Under the pieces are notes generated by a model that was not told the DNA's origin, did no database searches, and worked only from the letters and a program-made list of their open reading frames with translations. Both the position numbers and the translations under genes were made by a program. A stretch of 64,000 nucleotides of DNA from Octopus bimaculoides (lineage: Eukaryota), in contig NC_068981.1 in NCBI RefSeq assembly GCF_001194135.2, positions 153,006,059 through 153,070,058 of the forward strand. Direction: 5' to 3'. Positions within the stretch are counted from its first letter, which is position 1, and each line of letters begins with the position of its first letter. Shown one piece after another: positions 1 to 13,036 of the stretch.

Positions 1-176
1 TTATTATCTTTATTTTGTTTTTTCACGTTAGCACAAGGATACTTGTGAAGTTTGATTTACAACCACATGGTTTCAGGTTCAGTCCCACTGAGGGCTTCTT
101 GGGCAAATATTTTCTACTATTGTCCTGATCCAGCCAACAGCTTTTGAATTAATTTGGTAGATGAAAATTGTATTAA

Positions 177-397
177 CCCTTTTGTTACTGTATTTATTTT
201 GAGATGCTCTGTATTTCTTTCAATTACATTAAATATATCTAAGAATTTAGTAAAATAACTTAGTTATCATTTGGCTAGTGTTAGGAACATAAGTTTTGAC
301 TAAGGTTTAGTGGAAGATTTTAATTCAAAACTTATGAAAACAAGACATTTGTTCTACAGAGCCAGAGCCAGTTTCAGCTGGGTTGGTAACGAAAGGG
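177..397. mobile_element. piggyBac-type MITE
   Basis: TTAA TSDs at 173-176 and 398-401; ends CCCTTTTGTTAC...GTAACGAAAGGG. Confidence 0.75.
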
Positions 398-407
398 TTA
401 AACCCAT

Positions 408-455
<48 letters not shown>

Positions 456-819
456 GTTCACCAAAAAATGTATACACACTTCAAGAATGGAAAAATTTGT
501 ATAAATATTTAACTTTTATAATTACCTCTATAAATATAAATACTTCTTTTGATGTTTTATCAAATTATGATAATACTGAGTAAATTGTAATTACACTGAA
601 TTAAAATATTTCTCCAGATTTTTCCTTTCCTGAAATGTATATACATTTTTGGGCAGATTGTGTGTGTGTGTGTGTGTGTGTGTGTTGATATTTTGTTGGT
701 CACTGTTTGAGTGAAGCAGTGCTGATATTTACATTTTTGTTGGTATTATGATTGGTTCCTCAACACTTTCAGACTTTTGTGGAATATAAAAATCTCTTAC
801 CTGTAAAACAGGTGATCCA

Positions 820-1110
820 TGGCATGTTGGTTTGTTACCTAGTTGGTAGCCCTTATCATCCAACTATTTGCAGGGGACCAAACAACTCATCCAGAAGAAC
901 CCTCAGCTTGTAATGATGTTAGCCAGGAGAAACCAGACTGCTCAACATTAAAACAGACTCCTACATGCCTTGTTCAATGAGAATGCAGAAGGGTTGGCAC
1001 AGGACAGCCAGCGATGGGGGGGGGGCACCGGTGGACCTGGTCAGCTCTACACATGATGGCACCTCTGGGTCCACTAAGCTGGGACAACCCCAGCCCCATC
1101 AAGCAAGAGC
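820..1110 (+). mobile_element. Decayed RTE-like LINE 3' end
   Basis: Frameshifted remnant AQDSQRW...VDLVSST, resembling the AQDRxxWR tail of RTE ORFs. Confidence 0.5.
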
Positions 1111-2564
1111 GTGATTGAATGAGTGTAAAATGGGTGTGTATTGGTTATAGGGGGAGCATTGTCATTATCACCGTTGTTCTAACATTCACTTTCCCATGCT
1201 CACATCGGTCATACAGAGGTGAATTTTGTTTGGCAGGATGCCCTCCCTATCGCCAACCCTCACCTGTTTCCAAGGTTATATTTCCCATAACCAGACATGT
1301 TTCTTATGGAAGATTGCAAATGGACACCACTTGCCTGACAGTGTCACTTGTTTTAAGACTACCATGCGATGTCTAAGCAAGGGGACAGTAACATGTGTGT
1401 GTGCATGCATGAGCACACACATACACAAATATATACACACATGATAGGCTTCCATTAGTTTCCTTCAACCAAATCCACTCACAAGGCTTTGAATTGACCA
1501 AAAAATTCTGTCTTCAAAATCAATTCCTGTCCAAGATATGCTAGCATAGAAAAACAGACTTTAAACACAAACACACACACACACACACTCTATCTCTCTC
1601 TCTCTCTCTCATATTCCTGCTTTTACCCATTCTTTCTCATGCTCTCTTTCTCTCAATCAGTTTTTTTTTTTAATGCTTTACTTTGTATTTTAATAAATGG
1701 TGTTTTCCATACTATATACTGTGTTTGGTAAATTATTATTGCAGCAGTGTGTCCCAGTTTATGATAANNNNNNNNNNNNNNNNNNNNNNNNNNNNNNNNN
1801 NNNNNNNNNNNNNNNNNNNNNNNNNNNNNNNNNNNNNNNNNNNNNNNNNNNNNNNNNNNNNNNNNNNNNNNNNNNNNNNNNNNNNNNNNNNNNNNNNNNN
1901 NNNNNNNNNNNNNNNNNNNNNNNNNNNNNNNNNNNNNNNNNNNNNNNNNNNNNNNNNNNNNNNNNNNNNNNNNNNNNNNNNNNTATATATATATGGTGAG
2001 GATTGAGTCGATTATGGTGTACAACATAAATTTGAAACATGATTCAATATAAATGTCATCCGAGACAACATATGGTTATTAGAAATGTATGTGATGGTAT
2101 GTAATGTGGTTTGTTGACATTTATTGCATGTAGTAGTAGTAACAGCAGCAGTTGTAAAAGGCATATAGGACAGAGAAGGGGATGTTTCAGAAATTTTGGT
2201 CTTACAGATGAAAAATAATGTAAGATAGGATCACCACAAAAAAATGTAATGTGAAAATCTATCCAGTTCATGCTAGAATGGTAAAATAGTTAAATCACTG
2301 ATTATAATGATTTATGTTACACACACACACACACACACTCACACATACATAATTCTTTTTAATTTTGATACAAGACCAGCGATTCTGATGGGAGGGAGCA
2401 AGCCAATTGCATTTGTTTACCCCCAGTGCTCAACTGGTACTTATTTTGTTGACTCCGAAAGACAAAGCCAACCTCAGTAGAATTTGAGCCCAGAATGTAA
2501 AGAGTCAGAAGAAATGATAAGTTTTTTTTGTCTGATGTGCTACCAGTTCTGCTTTAAAGACGAC

Positions 2565-2882
2565 CTTTGGTCATGAATGACCATGGGATTTCACTTAGAA
2601 AGTTATTCTCCGAGATACAAGTCCAGGCAAGGTTGTTTATGGAAGACCAGCAGTTGTCCATACATACCCGCCTCTTCTCTCCACACCACTGATATTATCC
2701 AAGGGAAAGGCAAAGGCTGATACAGCTTGGCACCAGTGACGTTGCAACTCTTTTCTACAACTGAGTAAACTGGAGCAATATGAAATAAAGTGTCTTGCTC
2801 AAGAACACAATACACAATCTGGTCTGAGAATTGAACTCACAACCTCATGATTGTGAGCCCGACGCTCTAACCATTGAGCCAT
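2565..2882 (-). mobile_element. tRNA-derived SINE (family C, TGCTCCAG core)
   Basis: Minus strand begins TGGCTCAATGGTTAGAGC...GAGTTCAATTC (A/B boxes), then TTGAGCAAGACACTTTATTTC. Related copies at ~10408-10740(+), 38555-38825(-) and 39895-40135(-). Confidence 0.75.
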
Positions 2883-2910
2883 TGCTTTACACATATATTT
2901 AATTCTTTCT

Positions 2911-3117
2911 ACTATAGGCACAAGTCCTGAAATTTTGTTGGGGAGAGGGCCTGTCAATTAGATCGACTCCAGTATGCAACTGGTACTTAATTTATCAACC
3001 CCGAAAGGATGAAACGCAAAGTCGACCTCAGCAGAATTTGAACTCAGAATATAAAGACAGACGAAATACCGCTAAGCATTTCGCCCGACATGTTAATGAT
3101 TCTGCCAGTTCACTGCC
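2911..3117 (-). mobile_element. tRNA-derived SINE (family A)
   Basis: Reverse complement of GGCAG(C)GA(G)CTGGCAGAATC...GAGTTCAAATTC...GGGGTCGAT. Further copies at ~2370-2555, 12375-12587, 35383-35590, 45540-46100, 46680-46790, 53042-53260, 54540-54730, 55360-55520 and 57645-57820. Confidence 0.8.
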
Positions 3118-4819
3118 TTTAACTGTCACAATATAGAAACATTTCTCATGGCACCAGCACACAATTTACAGATGCTTACATTTTTTATATTTTCCATGAA
3201 TTTTTGACAGGTCCGGCTAGTTAAAATATTTTACTAAATCTGTTTGCAAAGAATAATTATTTTATACTTTCTTCATCTTCTTTCTCATCTTTTTTGTCAT
3301 CTTAAGTGTTGCAAATCCTTCTCCTGTCTCTGTGGATGAGCCAATGAAATGGTGAATGCCATATTCAAACTGGGGCTCAGAAAAAAAAAAAAATAGAGAT
3401 TTACATTTTTTATATATATTTTGGTAAATTCTACTATTAATAATTTCTATTCATTTTCCTTAGACTAATTTCAAGCATTAAAAGAACTATTTCATGTGAA
3501 ATAAATTTTGCCCAGATAATTTTTATCTTTAATACTTTGTCTTGTTAAAAGTCCTTTGTGTGTAGTCACTTCTGAGTTCCTGTAAAAAAAAAAAAATATT
3601 TTGAATGTCATTAAAAAGAAGAGTCAAATAGTGACAATTTGTTTTGTTGAAAGTTGAAACTTTTATTCTTTTCAATTTAAGTTGTTATTTGATATTCTCT
3701 AAATTAAAAATTTAGTTTAGGTATTCTTCAGTTGAGTTCTTTTGTCAAATTGTGAACAACTTCATACAGTGTTTTCTTTTGCATATATTTTTAGCATAAA
3801 TCATCAAATTTGATCATATTATGAAGACTAATGATTATTTTTATTGTGTAATGTGAGAACCTGAGGGAACAAAGGTGAACTGTTATCATATCTGTATAGA
3901 CATAAACTTAAAAATAGTCATTATCATAATTTTGTGATTGAGCCTTAAACTCCACTATTATTTTTTGGAGGGTGGAGAGTTCATTTCTTGAGAAAGCAGA
4001 ATTAAAATTACCTCAGGGAGATTTTGATCATTTTACAACTCTTTTCAATTTATCTACCATGGCTTTGTAATGAAAATGGAATGGTGTAGAATATTACAGC
4101 TCATCCTTACGAGTGTTTACACTACTGTTCATCCTTAAGGGTGTTTTGTTATTTTTTATAATATTTATATATTTGATATCTAAATCAAGTGTTCATCTCG
4201 TGTAATGAAAATGCATAAATCATTAAACACAGTGATTGCCACTTCTCTGATAATTTGTTTTATACTGGCAATAGGTTTTGAATTAGTACTGAGCTATTAA
4301 GGGTTTGGTCAAAGAAATCTTGGAATTGTGTAATCTTTAAAACACTGCATTAGCTGAAAACAATAACGGTGTTACATTCAGATAGAGTATAAATTAACTA
4401 ACTGTAAAAAAATGTTTATAGTTATCCGGTTTGAAAATACAAGACAAAAAAATCTATGAAGTTTATGAAAAAGATTTTTTGAAAAAAATTTATTTATGAA
4501 AATGGAATTCACTTATTTCTCGTTTCCTATATTTCCTTTACTTCACTTTTATGAAACTCGAGCAAGTGTTTTGTAATCAGATAATGTCACCCATGTCAGT
4601 TATAAAGTAAGCTTAGCATTGGTTCTTTAGCAAGCCAACTTAAGACTTGGATTGAATAGATCTGAACTTCATAAAAAAATTATAGCAAATCAATAAATCA
4701 AAGTTGAAACATTATTGAAAACAGCTTGTTGTTCAACTAAAAATCTTGAAAGTAGTGCCCCAGTATAGCTGCAGTCTAATAAATGAAATCAATAGAAAGT
4801 AAAGGAATAAGGTATCCAT

Positions 4820-5000
4820 CCATTCATCCATTTTTGCCCACTATTCCTGGCAGGGTTGTTGGGGAACTATCAGAAACAACTGTGATCAGTCTTTGGGAAT
4901 CCCGTTGGATTCTCAAGCATGATCCATGCAAACTATGGACGTTATCCAACCTTCTTGCTCATGGTCTACCCCTGGGACTCTTCTCCTCTCAAGGTATAAA
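4820..5000 (-). mobile_element. Decayed LINE (RTE-like) 3' fragment
   Basis: Minus-strand translation contains EKSPRGRP*ARRLDNV, resembling the GRPRxxWxD motif at RTE C-termini. Confidence 0.45.
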
Positions 5001-5782
5001 ATTATTTAAGAAAAATTATTTTGGTAGATATTTATATGTGTTCCAGGACTACATTATTGAATGTGATTCTCATTGGTCAAAGTAAGTCACATGATAAAAT
5101 CAGTGACTGGGCAAAAATGTCATTACTGTAGCTGTAGTGCTATGGTGTCATGGAAAGCACTAATCCAGACTTGATTTTTAAAGGACAGCTGCTTGACAGT
5201 GCTTGTTGGCCATAAATTTGAATCTGTAGTCCAGGTATAATTGGGTGTATGGAAGCTGTTAAAAAGAAATTGTTTCTGGTCTCTGATCAAGTGTTATCAC
5301 TGGTTGTTTTAAAACATGACAAATCTCAGCCAATGAGTATTGGCCTAACTGGTCTGTTAGACTTACACACATCCATTAACTAAATATTACCTGAACATCT
5401 CTGGAGTTCGACTTCACTGAGTAGCAGTGGAGTAAATCAACTGATTTCTAATTATTTTCACACAGAGATACAGTCTCTCTCTTTGGATCCAAAATAAGAA
5501 CATTCAGTTTGTTTGGTCAGCTGAATGATCTGCTAACCGAAATAACATGAGAAGTGGCTGAATATTCCACAGATACATGAACCTTTAATGTAATAGAATC
5601 AGTGTGATATGGCTAGACCTTTGAATTGAGTACAGTCCACCCTGAAAATTTTTATGTAGTTTCCATTGTTCAATTTCACTAAGCTTGGATCAACCCAAGG
5701 TGACGCACAATGGGATTGGAACTGGGACCTTGTAGTTGCAAGTGAATTTCTTAGCCTGTCAGCTATAGCTGCTTATATGCAT

Positions 5783-5816
<34 letters not shown>

Positions 5817-5957
5817 ACATAAAATCTATGGTGTATGTTTTGCTTGCTACTATTTTATATGCAATCAACTGTTTTACAAGAGTCTTCACACTTTAACTGT
5901 GAAGAAATTTGACTTTCAAAACAGATATTCCATTGCTTTTAGTTAACATTTTTTGAA

Positions 5958-6055
5958 TCATCTTTTTATATGACCGGTATCAAGTGATAGTGGCAGTGGA
6001 GGAAACTCTTCTAATTTAAAGGCAACCGCATCGTATTTGATCACCGTTAAATATG
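5958..6055 (-). CDS. Candidate last coding exon E of the nested gene: (A)YLTVIKYDAVAFKLEEFPPLPLSLDTGHIKR*
   Basis: Acceptor gatctttag| preceded by a pyrimidine-rich tract. The phase 1 frame is open to TGA at 5960-5958, in CpG-containing unique sequence. Confidence 0.42.
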
Positions 6056-6261
6056 CTAAAGATCAGATCAGTATTCTCAAAAGAAGGAAAAATAAGACAA
6101 CTTTTATTGATTTTATTTACATTTATTTTCTGTCTTTTCTGTTTCACTTTGCACAGTTTACTACAGCATACATATCTATACTCTAGTAACATTGTTATCG
6201 TCTGTCTGTACAACCTTCTACGTCATTTATGTTTTCCTTCTAGTATCATCTTTAACCTTTG

Positions 6262-6348
<87 letters not shown>

Positions 6349-6739
6349 CTTACTATATATTTCTCTTTCTTTTGTGTGTGTTTCTATCCTAGTAACATAT
6401 TTAATCTCTGTCGTCCACATATCTTCCTACATATTCCATGATTATGCTTTAACCTTTATCCACTCATCTTTCTACATCTTTTCTGTTTATATTCTAATAT
6501 CATCTTTAACATTTAACTGCAAATTATTGTACGTCTTTTCTCCTTCATATTGTTTCAGATCATTTTCTTAGATTTTTCCTTTCTATTTGTTCCCCGCCTT
6601 AGTTTCTTTCATCTTCATAAAATTCCCTCCTCATTTTATGAAAACTTTTGTCATGAGAATTGTTTGCTATCTCTTTCCTATCTATTCCATTATCCTCATT
6701 AAATGCCATTGATTTTTGTTGTTCTTTCTTTGCTTTCTT

Positions 6740-6775
<36 letters not shown>

Positions 6776-7451
6776 TCTTTGTGTCTACTTTGGTTCGTTC
6801 ATAACTTTTCGACTTCATATTTTCTTTAATTCTCTCTGAATTTTGATTATAATATTTTCATAGTTCCTTTGGAATGCTTTTCTTTATATCTTTATATTCA
6901 CTTCAAGTCTCCTTCCTCAAATTATACTGTTTCACTTTCAGACCCTTTCTTCCTTCAACGTTGTCTTCCATTCTCTATCGCCTCCTTTTTATCATCTAGA
7001 TTCTTCCCACTCACTCATTGTAGTCTTCGCTTTTTCCTTCTCTCCTGCAACTGTAGTACAAACTTTTTTCCCCACTTCCTTTCCTAATGCTCTCTTACTA
7101 TTTTTTCCTCATATTTTCAATGCTCTCTGTTCCTTCTGGCCCCACACACATTCCATGCATGCACATACATACTTATGCATACACACATGCAATCATTCAC
7201 AAGCTTTCTCCCTTTGCCCTTTTTCTAAACAATTTTATTATCTCAATACGTTTTGTTAATTTGCCAAAACTTTTCTCCACTCTTCAACATGCTCCTTAAT
7301 CCTGATCCCATTACAATTTATGCAAGTTATTAGGCAGAGTTATTACATATATATGTGTGTGTGTGTGTGTGTTTTCCCCCTGCTGAAAATAGGGCTCCAT
7401 CAGGGTACCTAACTATACAACTTCCCATAATGACACCTCCACTTCTCTCAC

Positions 7452-7510
7452 CTTGATGTTCCGGCAATGTCCAATCCCTTTCATTTTGTTCAGTTGCTCC
7501 ATTCCTGGGA
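7452..7510 (-). CDS. Candidate coding exon D of the nested gene: PRNGATEQNERDWTLPEHQ
   Basis: Tandem acceptors ttttcattag| (7510) and cccag| (7504), 6 nt apart, and a strong donor CAAG|gtgaga. Phase 2 in, phase 1 out. Confidence 0.45.
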
Positions 7511-7732
7511 CTAATGAAAATTAACATCTTTTTGCTACTTCTTAACATTACATCCAAGAAAAATGTTTGCCAATTCTTCTCAGTTTTTCTGATATATAAG
7601 AAATATATATAGTATATTTATGTGTATGTATGTATATATACAAATATATATATATATATATACACATATATATATATATGTATATATATATATATGTGTG
7701 TGTGTATGTATATATATATATGTGTATATATA

Positions 7733-7772
<40 letters not shown>

Positions 7773-7986
7773 ACACACACACACACACACAGAAAGTTAA
7801 TGAACACTATTTTAGGCTTCTGACCAAACTTTTAAGCGTTTGCATGATTTTTGTTTGCTTATTTTTTAATATATTTTCTTTTTCTTCTCAGTTTGTGTGT
7901 GTGTGTGTGTGTGGATGATTGCCTCTTTTATATTAGTTCCAGCTAAGGAAAACATCAATAAATTTTTGGAAGTTCTGAATGTTCCA

Positions 7987-8021
<35 letters not shown>

Positions 8022-9676
8022 AACACCAAACAGCCCCAAAATCTTGCAACTTATCTCAACTACATAAAAGAGTTGAATGGATGTGGGGAAAAAAAAAAAG
8101 AATATAAAATTAATTATGCTATATTAGTAAATTACTAAATTTCTGATGTTGCAAATCTAACATTTGGATTAAATTGGTTATTTCATCTCACGGAAAATGT
8201 TCGTCCTTAATATTTGAGCCATTTTTATAGTATAGGATGATGTGGTAAAAATTTCATAAAAAGATCATTTCTCTTTTTTCTTTTTCCTTTTTTTATTTGT
8301 TAAATTCTCCACAAAATCACCACCTAGGAATTGATTCCACGCTTTCAATTTTTGGCCACATATTTTCAAAGTTATTGGTTACATATGCCATTTGCTTCTC
8401 TGACTCTTAGATTATCTTCATTATTTTTCATACACCCTTTCTTTCTCTACTTTATATCATTTACTCCCCCAACTTTTTTTTCTTTATATTTCACTCACTC
8501 TTTCTCTCCTGCATCCATTCGTCTTGTCTTCTTTTAAAACTCATCTACATTACACTTTTGTTTTTATTCTCCTCGCACTCTTCATCTTTACTTTCCCTAT
8601 ATTAACATTTACTAGCATCATATCCTATATATTCTGTCTTTTACTGCATTTTTATTTTATTTTTATCCATTATTTTTACATTTTAAGCTTCATGTTAGGT
8701 GTAAAATCCTGACTTCCTATTTTTATTGCCCATCACCTCTGATGTGTGGTTTGTTTTGTTTGTTTCTTTCTTTAATTTCTTTCCCTTTGCTTCTCTCTTT
8801 CACTTACTAACTCTCTCCTTCCTCAAACTTTACACTCCCACTCTCACTATGTTTTCCTCTCCTTCTCTCTTCATACCCTCTCTCTCTCTCTCTCTCTCTC
8901 CACTTCCACCTTGCCTAATTCCTCTCATCACATCAAAGGAAACCACTGACAGTTATTTTAAATCCTAACTCTTTCATATCTCTCTAGTTGACAGATTAGC
9001 TTAATTTTCTGCTGTAATTTCTTATTTTATTCATTTATATTTTTCCCTAATATTCATACACACAAGATTATCTCATAAAAGAAGGGGGAGCCAAAAACAA
9101 AAAAAAAAGGAATAAATAAATAAATAAATAAATAACTGGTGATATCAGAATACACAAAAGATTTTATGTGTCCCCTTTGCTCTTAAAGCCATTTGAGGTA
9201 TTAAGGTTATAAAAAATTTACAAATTACACTAATTTAACTGTCTTTTTCTCTTTAATTTGGAATTTTTCAAAAGCTCTAATGTTGCCCTATTTCTCAAAG
9301 AAATGCTCTCTTTTCCTTTCTTTCCTGATTTTTCTCTTTCTGTGAATTTGCATAGGCCCACCATTTTCTAATGGAATAAAAATTCTTGCAGTATTGACGT
9401 ATTAGTGAGTCTAATACTTTAGTGCCTATCTTAATGTGGCAATATGTGTTTATATGCCTGTGTCTCTCTGTCTGTCTATGTGCATGTGTCTTTACATGAA
9501 TAAACATGTTATACATATTCATTCACATTTGTGTTTTCTGATATTCATATGGAGTCCTGTCTTGATCACAGTTTTTGTCCTTCACAGTTGGTATAGTCTT
9601 GCTCAAAACAGAGTCATCTAACAACTTGAGTTTTGCTGTGCTTCTGAGCCCTTTTTTGCATATTCATATTTACTAC

Positions 9677-9716
9677 CCATTCGGCAGTGCATCCACACTA
9701 AACGCTTGCTCAATAG
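9677..9716 (-). CDS. Candidate coding exon C of the nested gene: (A)IEQAFSVDALPN(G)
   Basis: Acceptor ctcttcaattcccag|, weak donor TGG|gtagta. 40 nt, phase 1 in and phase 2 out, fitting exons B and D. Confidence 0.38.
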
Positions 9717-9958
9717 CTGGGAATTGAAGAGCCGTTTAATGAGAAAATGGAGATTTGAAACAACAGTGTTCTTTGATACTCTCTTATCACTGAGCAGGAA
9801 AATGTTCACTACTAGACTAATTTATATTCACTATTGATTGAAGTATCATTTTGTTCTGGTTACAAAAAAAAGACTTTTTTTGTGCTTTGTTTTAACATAA
9901 ATTTGCTCTCTCTTTTTCTCTCTGTCTCTCTCTCTCTGTCTCTCTCTCTCTGTCTCTC

Positions 9959-10022
<64 letters not shown>

Positions 10023-11487
10023 TCATGCACTCTCTGGAAGCACACTTCATTTTGTGTCAACTGAAAAATGGGCCCTCTCCTTGACCCTGTTAACTACTGC
10101 CTTATCACCTTCACATCCAACATGTCAAAAATAGGATATTAGTTAAGAATTACTTCCTTCATCATTTCCAGTATCTCTTCCCTTGATAAACTATCAGAGT
10201 TTCCCTTGGGTCCAGTTTTACTGAAGATTTTCTTTCTTATATCATTCACCAATGGTACCTGACCCTTGAGCGTTTCAACAGAAAAGTGTTTTTCCACTTG
10301 ACATCAGCAAATGTTTATCTATACAACCATGCTAGAAATAAGAATCAAATTTTCTCCATATCACATTTTACCATTTGAAAAAAAAGGATGGAAAGTGTAG
10401 TCCTAAATACACTGTCATGTGGTTAGAACATCAGGCTTGCAATCACAAGGTTGTGAGTTTGATTCCCAGACTGGGCTGTATGTTGTGTTCTTGAGCAAGA
10501 CACTTTATTTCGTATTGTTTCAGTTCACTCAGCTGTAGAAATGAGTTGCGACATCACTGGTGCCAAGTTGTATTGACCTTTGCTTTTACCTTGCATAACA
10601 TGTGGCATAGAGAGGGGTGGTTGGTATGCATGGGCGACTGCTGGTCTCCCATAAACAACCTTGCCTAGACTTGAGCCTTGAAGGGTTACTTTCTTGGTGC
10701 AATCCCATGGTCATTCATGATCAAAGTGGGGTCTTTACCCTATACCTAAATACACTGAATAAAAGATGTGAAGGTCACAAAATACACTTGATCATAGGTA
10801 TGTGTGATCAGAACTATATTTGATCAGAGCTGATCTAGGATTAATCAAAAAATTACTTTTAATGTGATTTTCTTCATATTAATTAGAGTAGTCTCTGCAC
10901 TTATGTTGATGAAAATATTGTTAGTAATATCTACCATGTAATGAATAAATGATGAACCAAATTCACTCAGATGTGATTTATTTACAAAACAATAAATTTA
11001 ATCAAATGGTTAATAGAATTACTGACCTAAATTTTCTCTTGTGAATTTCTAATTTTGATTCTTTCAAAAATTTTGGAAGTGATTGTTTGGTATTAAGCCA
11101 GCTCTGTATATACTGAAAAGCATTCAAGCTATCTTCATTTCATCTATTTCTTAGGTGATATGATTCTGGGGTCACATTGTCCAATGTGCTCTTCTTTTAA
11201 GACAGTTGGAGTAATTTGAATGAGATTTAGTTGCTATTTCTAACAAATTGAGCAACCAAGTAGTGTTTCCCCTATTGGCTCAATGTGGTAGGTATTTTAC
11301 TACAGCATCCCATTTTTAAGCACCAAACGCTTTTATGATCAAATACTTGACTGACATTATCTGTATTGCTGTTTGAAGTAACTTCACTCAATCTCAGCAG
11401 ACAAACTATTTAACTTTTTCTCATTAAATTTTCTTAATTTTACTTTTGACAAATCTAATTTTGATTTTATACAATTATTTTCTGCAG

Positions 11488-11569
11488 ATGTGCTTAGAAT
11501 TTGGGATTCACTACTGTCTGATGAGAAACGGTTTCGTTTTCTTATTACGATCTGCTGTGCCATGTTAAT
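11488..11569 (+). CDS. TBC1D13: TBC1 domain family member 13 (Rab-GAP), internal coding exon
   Basis: Acceptor ttttctgcag| and donor |gtaagt. The 82 nt encode (D)VLRIWDSLLSDEKRFRFLITICCAML(I), matching the TBC1D13 motif DVIRIWDSLFAD..RFDFLLLVCCAML as I recall the human protein. Confidence 0.93.
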
Positions 11570-11828
11570 GTAAGTCTACTTTTATTTGTTGTGTTCTGAA
11601 TAATCATGCTTTATTTTAAATATACAGTCTGTATATGTTTTAAATGTTTGTTGATCATTAGATAAGATAAATGCCAATTAAATATTTGTTAATTACAGTT
11701 TCTTATATTAGGATTAGTTTATTTTATTTTCAACATGGAATTGTAGTGAGGTGAGAAAAGAATTTGTTGATCTGTAACGAAAATATATGGAAATCAAATG
11801 GATGATGCCAAACTAAAGCATATTCCAT

Positions 11829-12238
11829 AGGCATAGGCGTGGCTGTGTGGTAGGAAACTTACTTCCTAACCACATGTTTCTGGGTTCTGTCCCACTGCAT
11901 GGCACCTTCGACAAGTGTCTTCTACTATAGCCTCAGGCTGACCAATGCCTTGTGAGTGGATTTCGTACATGGAAACTGAAAGAAGCCTGTTGTGTATATA
12001 TATATATATATATATTTATTTATTTCTGTGTGTGTTTGTCCCCCACCACCTCTTAACAACTGGTGTAGGTTTGTTTATGTCCTTGTAACTTAGCAGTTTG
12101 GCAAAAAGAGACCGATAGAGTAAGTACCAGGCATTAAAAAAATAAGTACTGGTGTTGATTCATTGGACTAAACGTTCTTCAAGGTGGTACCCTGCCATGG
12201 CTGCAGTCTAATGACTGAAACAAGTAAAAGATAAAAGG
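11829..12238 (+). mobile_element. tRNA-derived SINE (family B, GGCTGTGTGGTAAG head, bipartite with an internal microsatellite)
   Basis: Head GGCGTGGCTGTGTGGTAG...GGGTTCTGTCCCACTG...GGAAACTGAAAGAAGCC, then (TA)n, then tail ...CCAGCATGGCCGCAGTC-like. Copies at ~1-175, 13715-14010(-, two in tandem), 19250-19460, 25659-26036, 36140-36480(-), 54880-55010(-), 55745-56140 and 61205-61640. Confidence 0.8.
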
Positions 12239-12978
12239 TGTAGTTAGCTTTTACAAAAAATTTAAATGTGTTTAAGACAAGAAGAAATGCTGTTAATTCA
12301 AGAAACAGCTGTAGATACCACTTTAATGTAGCTTCAAGTAATTATCTTTTGATTGTTGTTAATAGTGATAAGAATTTCAAATTTTGGCACAAGACCAGCA
12401 ATTTTAGTGGGTGAGTGATAAGTTGATTATCTCGACCCCAGTGTTCAACTGGTACTTATTTTATCAACCCTGAAAGGATAAACAGCGATGTCAGCCTTGG
12501 CAGAATTTGAACTCAAAACCTAAAGACAGATGAAATCCTGCTAAGCATTTTGCCTGGTGTGCTAACGGTTCAGCTAGCTCGCCACTTTGGTAGTTTATAG
12601 TAATAATACTATTAATTATTTCTAATTAGTTTTGTAATGCTGCTTGCATTTCATATGTTAACACTAACCTAACTTTTTTTTTCATGCAACTGGCATCTCT
12701 AAATTACTTATTCTTAAAGAATTGTAGATTTCTCCATAACAAATGTACAAAGACCAAAAAATGTCCAGTCAGTATTTTCCTGTGCACTTGCTGTAATAAT
12801 GAAAATATTAGTAATAAACCAATTGTTTTTCCCACTACTGTGTAGCACTTTGGGGTGGGGTGTATTGAAACATTTTTGGTGGGGCAAATGTTCATTGTAT
12901 ATGCCATCAAATATGTTACTTAATCCTTACTGTGTCTTATAAAATTTATAATATTTGTTTTATCTTTCAAATGTTTAG

Positions 12979-13036
12979 ACTCCTTCGTAGTGATATACTC
13001 AAAGATGATTTTCCTACCAATATGAAGTTACTTCAG
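12979..13036 (+). CDS. TBC1D13: TBC1D13 penultimate coding exon
   Basis: Acceptor atgtttag| and donor CAG|gtgagt. The 58 nt are phase-compatible with the previous exon and encode LLRSDILKDDFPTNMKLLQ (cf. LIREQLLEGDFTVNMRLLQ). Confidence 0.93.

Noticed and set aside
5958-7510. Loose by-eye resemblance of the 72-aa peptide (PEHQAYLTVIKYDA; LEEFPPLPL) to MCRIP/FAM195 motifs (AHEENVRFIYEAW; LKTFKPIDL)
   Set aside because: Few identities, wrong spacing between motifs and the conserved W is absent. Not enough to name the gene; an HMM search would be needed.
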